A DNA stretch of 64,000 nt from Plasmodiophora brassicae (taxonomy: Eukaryota), in contig CP145414.1 of assembly GCA_036867785.1 (NCBI GenBank), positions 1,178,001-1,242,000 on the forward strand, given 5' to 3'. The notes under the pieces were generated by a model that worked only from the letters and a program-made list of their open reading frames with translations, did no database searches and was not told the origin of the DNA. Positions 59,451 through 64,000 of the stretch are shown one piece after another. The first letter of the stretch is position 1. Each line of letters starts with the position of its first letter. Made by a program: the position numbers and the translations under genes.

Positions 59451-61688
59451 TTAAAACAGGCCGTGCGTTACACCCGAGTCGGCCGCCTCGGCATCGTCAC
59501 CATCAGAAACACGAACAATGTTGGACATCTTCGTGTTCACACTGTCGCCCTGCAGAGAAGCACCACTTCGTTCAAGGAACGTCCTGCAAGCATCGTGGTC
59601 GTCGGAGAGTCCAAGAAAGTCAGCAATGGCTGCAACTGGAACGGTTGGCCGATAGGTGGCCACAACCCGCTGAAGAGCCTGGAAACGTACCGATGGGTAC
59701 AAATGTCTGATAATGTTTCCCGAAAGGTACGGCGCAATCGATGAGAGTCTGAAAAACCGGCAGTAATCGTTGGATCGCAGAGCTGTGAGCACGCGAATGG
59801 AGCTAGCCAGACAAGGCTGACTTCTCTCAGCAACCGTTGTCGACATAAGGAGAAGACCGATGGACATCGGGTCGTTTGTCAACATCAGATAGCATAGTCG
59901 GTACCCGAGAAACTCGTCATGATGCTTAACGGCAACCTGAAGAGTTGGATTTGCATACAGCTCACCGAGTTGCGTCTGGCACTGATTATACTCGCTCAGA
60001 TCGTCGACCTCCAAACATATACGTGCGTTCGTCTCGTACACTTCGACTGTGAACTCGTCCTGGATATGCTGAATGGTTAAATCTTGACGGAGCGACTTCA
60101 TCTGTTCCCAGAAGAAGAGGTAGTGTCGCTCCGACTCCCACTTCGCCAAGATATGTGCAAGTGCTTTCTTGAGAATGGGCCGCGGTCTCACAGTGCTTGG
60201 ATCTGGCGCCTGCAGGAATTCAATACGACGTCCGGAGGCCGTTCTTCACGAAACCCACCGAAGTTAACCGAAGGTATTTCTTCTCAAGCTGAGTACACGT
60301 CCCACAAATGCGAAGAGCTTCCCAGTCCAGTTCAATGTCGTCGTCCCCGGCATCGAATCCTTTGCCGACAAACAACGTCAGTGGGCGCGAGGACGACGAC
60401 GACGCCTGGGCCTGCGATCGTGATCAGACCCAAACCGCGGCCATCCAGAGCCCATTCGCCTTACCTTGATCCCGCCGAACCGCGCGCTCCTTGCTTGTAC
60501 GGCTGGATCACTCGTCAGACTACGTCTCTGGAACTCGTTCAGGTTAAGAGCATTAGTTGGATGGGACTGAACAAGGGAAGCTGTGTTGGCAGAATTCGCA
60601 GCGGCCGCCACAGCTGCCTGCTGTTTCCTGAGCTTCTTCAACTGTTTCTTCGACAGCTTGCTCTCAGCTTTTCGCTTCGCGGACGACGGTTCAGGCTCGA
60701 TCGACGGTACAGCCATCGAGTCCCAGTCCTGCGTCCACAGGACACCCGCTAGGTTGGCCTGCTGAATTTTTAGCTTGAGCAGTTTCTGGACGTGCACCCG
60801 TCAGATCTTATCCTGCTAGCATGTCACCGAATACAGTATCACCCCACCTGCATCGTCTCCTTCTCTGTTGGGTTCGAGCATCTCGCGAACGATCTCTCAA
60901 CGTAGCATAACAGTGAAGGTGGGTATGTGTCGCCCTGCGGCGCCTTGGGCGGTGGCGGGGGAGGCTGAGGCAACTGAACCACAGGCTTCGGTTTGGTCGG
61001 GGAGGTTCGGGGAGGCGCAGGTGTCTGCTGTTTGGGCGTAACCGGTTTCGCCGAAACCGTAGGTGCAGGGACTCTTGCCATCAGTTCGGCATACGATAAC
61101 CCTTTACCTGTTGGTTGAGCCACTGTTTGACAATTAGAACTCTTCGATGAGAGTCGCCTCAATACGGATTGCACAAACGCTTTCGTGGTTGCGGGACCGA
61201 GTGCCACGACGGTGCTGGTGCTGGCGCTGGCGTCGGCACCGGTGACACTCGCTGAGCAACAGGAGCAGACGCCGTCGCAGCAGACCAATACTGAGGCGGG
61301 TAATATGGCGGTTGCCCATACTGAGGCGGTGCCGGCCTATGTAGGTACAGACGAGTAAACATCGGTAAGGGGAACAGTTACGCGGCGAAGTACGGCGAAG
61401 GTCGCCAAGCGGGCTGTTGTTGTCGTTGTGGCGCCGGTGGTGATGGTATTGGCTGCTGCTGGCCCTGAGCAGGGTATCCATATGCAGCAACCGCTGCATA
61501 GGTTGTTCCAGGATACACAGTAGAGTACTGGCCAGTCTGCGCCGAATACGTAAACTGGGGCGCTGCTCTACACGACCTCAGGACGCGCGCCCCTCGCAAT
61601 CCTCCGCGTCAGCGTACCTCGCGTCGTGGGCCAGCTGCGCTTGCCGGATGCGCTCCTTCGCCGCGTCATCCCATGGACTATTCTTCAT
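59451..61688 (-). CDS. SAC3/GANP family protein (LENG8/Thp3-like)
   Basis: YPPSLLCYVERSF, QDWDSMAVP, LEKKYLRL, VRPRPILKKAL, EQMKSLRQDLTIQHI, EYNQCQTQL. Confidence 0.88.
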
Positions 61689-61854
61689 CGGCGGACGACG
61701 GCGACCGCCCTGGCGCTCGAACGCCCCGCACGCGTCGAGCAGGCACGCCCGTCGGTCGTCGATCCCCGCTGACCTACACCGTACGCAGTCCGCGACCCGC
61801 TGACGAATGGCTCCTGCCTGGACTATGTACCTACAGTATCGTCGCCTGCAGTCG

Positions 61855-61925
61855 TCGTGCCAGCTGCGAGCTGCACCGGCGGCCTGTCGTGCCAGCTGCG
61901 AGCTGCACCGGCGGCCTGTCGTGCC
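61855..61925 (+). repeat. 32-bp direct tandem duplication in intergenic DNA
   Basis: GTCGTGCCAGCTGCGAGCTGCACCGGCGGCCT x2 plus partial third. Confidence 0.85.
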
Positions 61926-61979
61926 CTGTAGTTCCTGCACGTGCGCCCCAGTGGCGGCGGAGTATGGACCACCGCGTTA

Positions 61980-62279
61980 CTACATTGTGGGGCCGACGAG
62001 GTCGGTGTAGCGGTCCTGCAGGCGGCGTCTCGGCGAGAACGTGTAGACCTTGCTGTCGCGCATCGTGCGCTTCCCGCCGGGGTTGGACGGGCTGGCCGTG
62101 CCGTCGTCTTTCTGCGGCAGGTCGACGGGCAGCGTCCCGGTGCTGACGCTGGTTTCGGCGTCGGACGTCGCGACGGCGCGCGTTGTGTTGAACAGGTAGC
62201 GGACGGCAACGTAGATCGCGGATGCGATGAGGATGAAGACGCCGATTAAGACGAACATTACGATGTCGACGGTCGACAT
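61980..62279 (-). CDS. Small single-pass membrane protein
   Basis: IVMFVLIGVFILIASAIYVAV hydrophobic N-terminus, 99-aa ORF. Confidence 0.55.
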   Translation of the reverse strand: MSTVDIVMFVLIGVFILIASAIYVAVRYLFNTTRAVATSDAETSVSTGTLPVDLPQKDDGTASPSNPGGKRTMRDSKVYTFSPRRRLQDRYTDLVGPTM

Positions 62280-62403
62280 GATCACTGGGACGCGGGGCGC
62301 GTGCCGTCTGCCCCAGTCCCGAGATCCCTGACGACAGCGGGTGCTTTACATGGCAATACTGTCTCGTGGTCATCATATATTGAATGTATGTGCCGATCCC
62401 AAC

Positions 62404-64000
62404 CTACTCGAGCGTGAACGACTGCACCGTCAAGCTCGTGCGCGTGTCGTATTCGACGGCCTGGTCGGGCGCGTCGGCCATCGTGATCTGGTCGACGCCG
62501 ATCCCGGCAATGGTCTGCTGCGACGTGAACTGGACACGAAGCGGGAACAGGGAATCGGGATCCACTGGGTCCGTCTTCCACTCCATCGTACCGGTCGCGT
62601 CCGGCTCCACGTTCCCGATCGACCAGACGAGCGAGCGCGACGCATTGTCGTACACATAGTCACCGTCGCACTGGCTGACTTGCGGCGGCGGCGTCGTGAT
62701 GACGATACGAACGTCCTGCAACGTGATCCGGTCCGACTCGGCCTGGTACTCGGCCGTGACGACTGTTCGTCCGTTCTCCTGGGACGGCCAGAACGTGACG
62801 CTGAAAGGGAGGAACGACGAATCCGACGTCGACAGCTTCCATTTGAGGATCGGAGCGGCATTCGAGGACCCGATCGGGAAGCCTTTGTCGGATTCCTTCA
62901 GTGCCAGGATCTGTGAGGACGTCCAAGCGCCCTTGTCCATCTTTGGATGCGGCTGGAATCGGGTACCCTTTGGTGCAGACGCCAACGCGCCGACATGGAG
63001 GCGAATGCGGGCGTAGTCTGGGTTTCCAACAGTGAGCTTGACAGTACCGACGGCTTCAAGCTGTTTCAGCGTCCCGTCTCGTTCGCAGTGCACAGTGATA
63101 ACCTCCTCAATGGAGACAAGGACGCCGTCGACGATCTCAGCAGGTTCTGGGGCAGCAGATGCCGCTGGGCGGCTGAGAAGAGGCTGCCCAGGAGGGGACT
63201 GAACCGGAGCAAGGTGCTCTTCGGTGGCCAGCTGTGCGAAGAACTGGTCTCCCTGTCTGGATGCTCCACCGAGCGCTTGCCCAAGGCGCAAACCGACTGC
63301 GCCCTTCTGTTCTCGTTGCGCTCGAGACAGATTCGTAGGTTCGATGCGGGAATGCTGGTATGCGGTGGGTGGAGATGCGGGAGATGCACTCGACCCGTAT
63401 GTCCCAACCGAATAGTCGGGCGGGCCGCTGCCAGAGAGGTAGTCGCCCGATGAGTATCCGCCACCACCCATCCCGCGACCCGTCTGTATAGTCGCCATCT
63501 TCTGCTTGTGCTTCTCGATCTCAGCAGCGCGTTGCTTCATCTTTGACCGAGCGTCATCTTCCTTCGACGCTGACCATGTGATTTAGAATCCCACCACAGA
63601 TCAAACGTAAACTGCGCCCGCCCGACCTTTGATTATCTTCTGGAGTTTGGCCTCATGCGAATCCATTTCCGTGAATGTTCGGACCTGACTCAGGTAAGTA
63701 TCGAACGCCATGACGAAATGGGTTCACGACCGAACCTGCTGCAGAGATACGTTCTCTCGGTAGCCGCTTGAGATGACCTCGTCCAGCGCAAACACGAGTT
63801 GGAACGCATTCGACGAGACGGCCTGCTCATCATGCCCGTGGCAGAACTCAGGGACCTGGTGCGAAACAATACGATTATTAGCACGGGTCGGAATGGCAGA
63901 TGCTCCATAGCGTTTCGTACAAGTTTGGCGACGAGGCGGAGCGTCTCCAGATCTTCCATGATGTTCGACTGCTTGTTGGTGATGATGAGGACGTACAGCA
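62404..64000 (-). CDS. ARCN1: Coatomer subunit delta, 5'-truncated by window
   Basis: LYVLIITNKQSNIMEDLETLRL, FTEMDSHEAKL, mu-homology domain FQPHPKMDK, ILKWK, FWPS. Confidence 0.93.

Noticed and set aside
3021-61688. Apparent cluster of RNA-processing and export genes (UTP13, NUP98, EMG1, RBM25, LENG8-like)
   Set aside because: Dispersed among unrelated genes; expected by chance in a compact genome

Overview
Gene-dense, GC-rich eukaryotic DNA with many short (about 45-90 nt) GT-AG introns. Gene style and compactness suggest a protist such as a plasmodiophorid (inference, not provable here). About 25 host genes are present: AGXT, Sel1-repeat protein, PCD-like protein, UTP13, PUB-PP2C, ICME-like esterase, reeler/GPI protein, RPEL-RhoGAP-WW-calpain III, Nup98-like, EMG1, PH/FYVE TKL kinase, RRM protein, syntaxin-5, Kelch-PKA, RBM25, CDC15-like kinase, PROSER3-like, myosin I, LENG8/THP3, delta-COP and several orphans. 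There are two transposon loci. At 27.1-30.9 kb a deleted pogo element sits inside a hAT element, which itself lies in an older inverted-repeat element carrying a 123-bp hairpin. At 43.9-47.1 kb an intron-containing pogo element carries a SHOCT-like passenger ORF. Both loci contain long fold-back copies of transposase coding sequence that could yield silencing dsRNA. Other highlights are several unusual domain fusions and two probably catalytically dead proteins (PCD-like, Nup98 autoprotease domain). All exon junctions were inferred by eye and CDS spans include introns.
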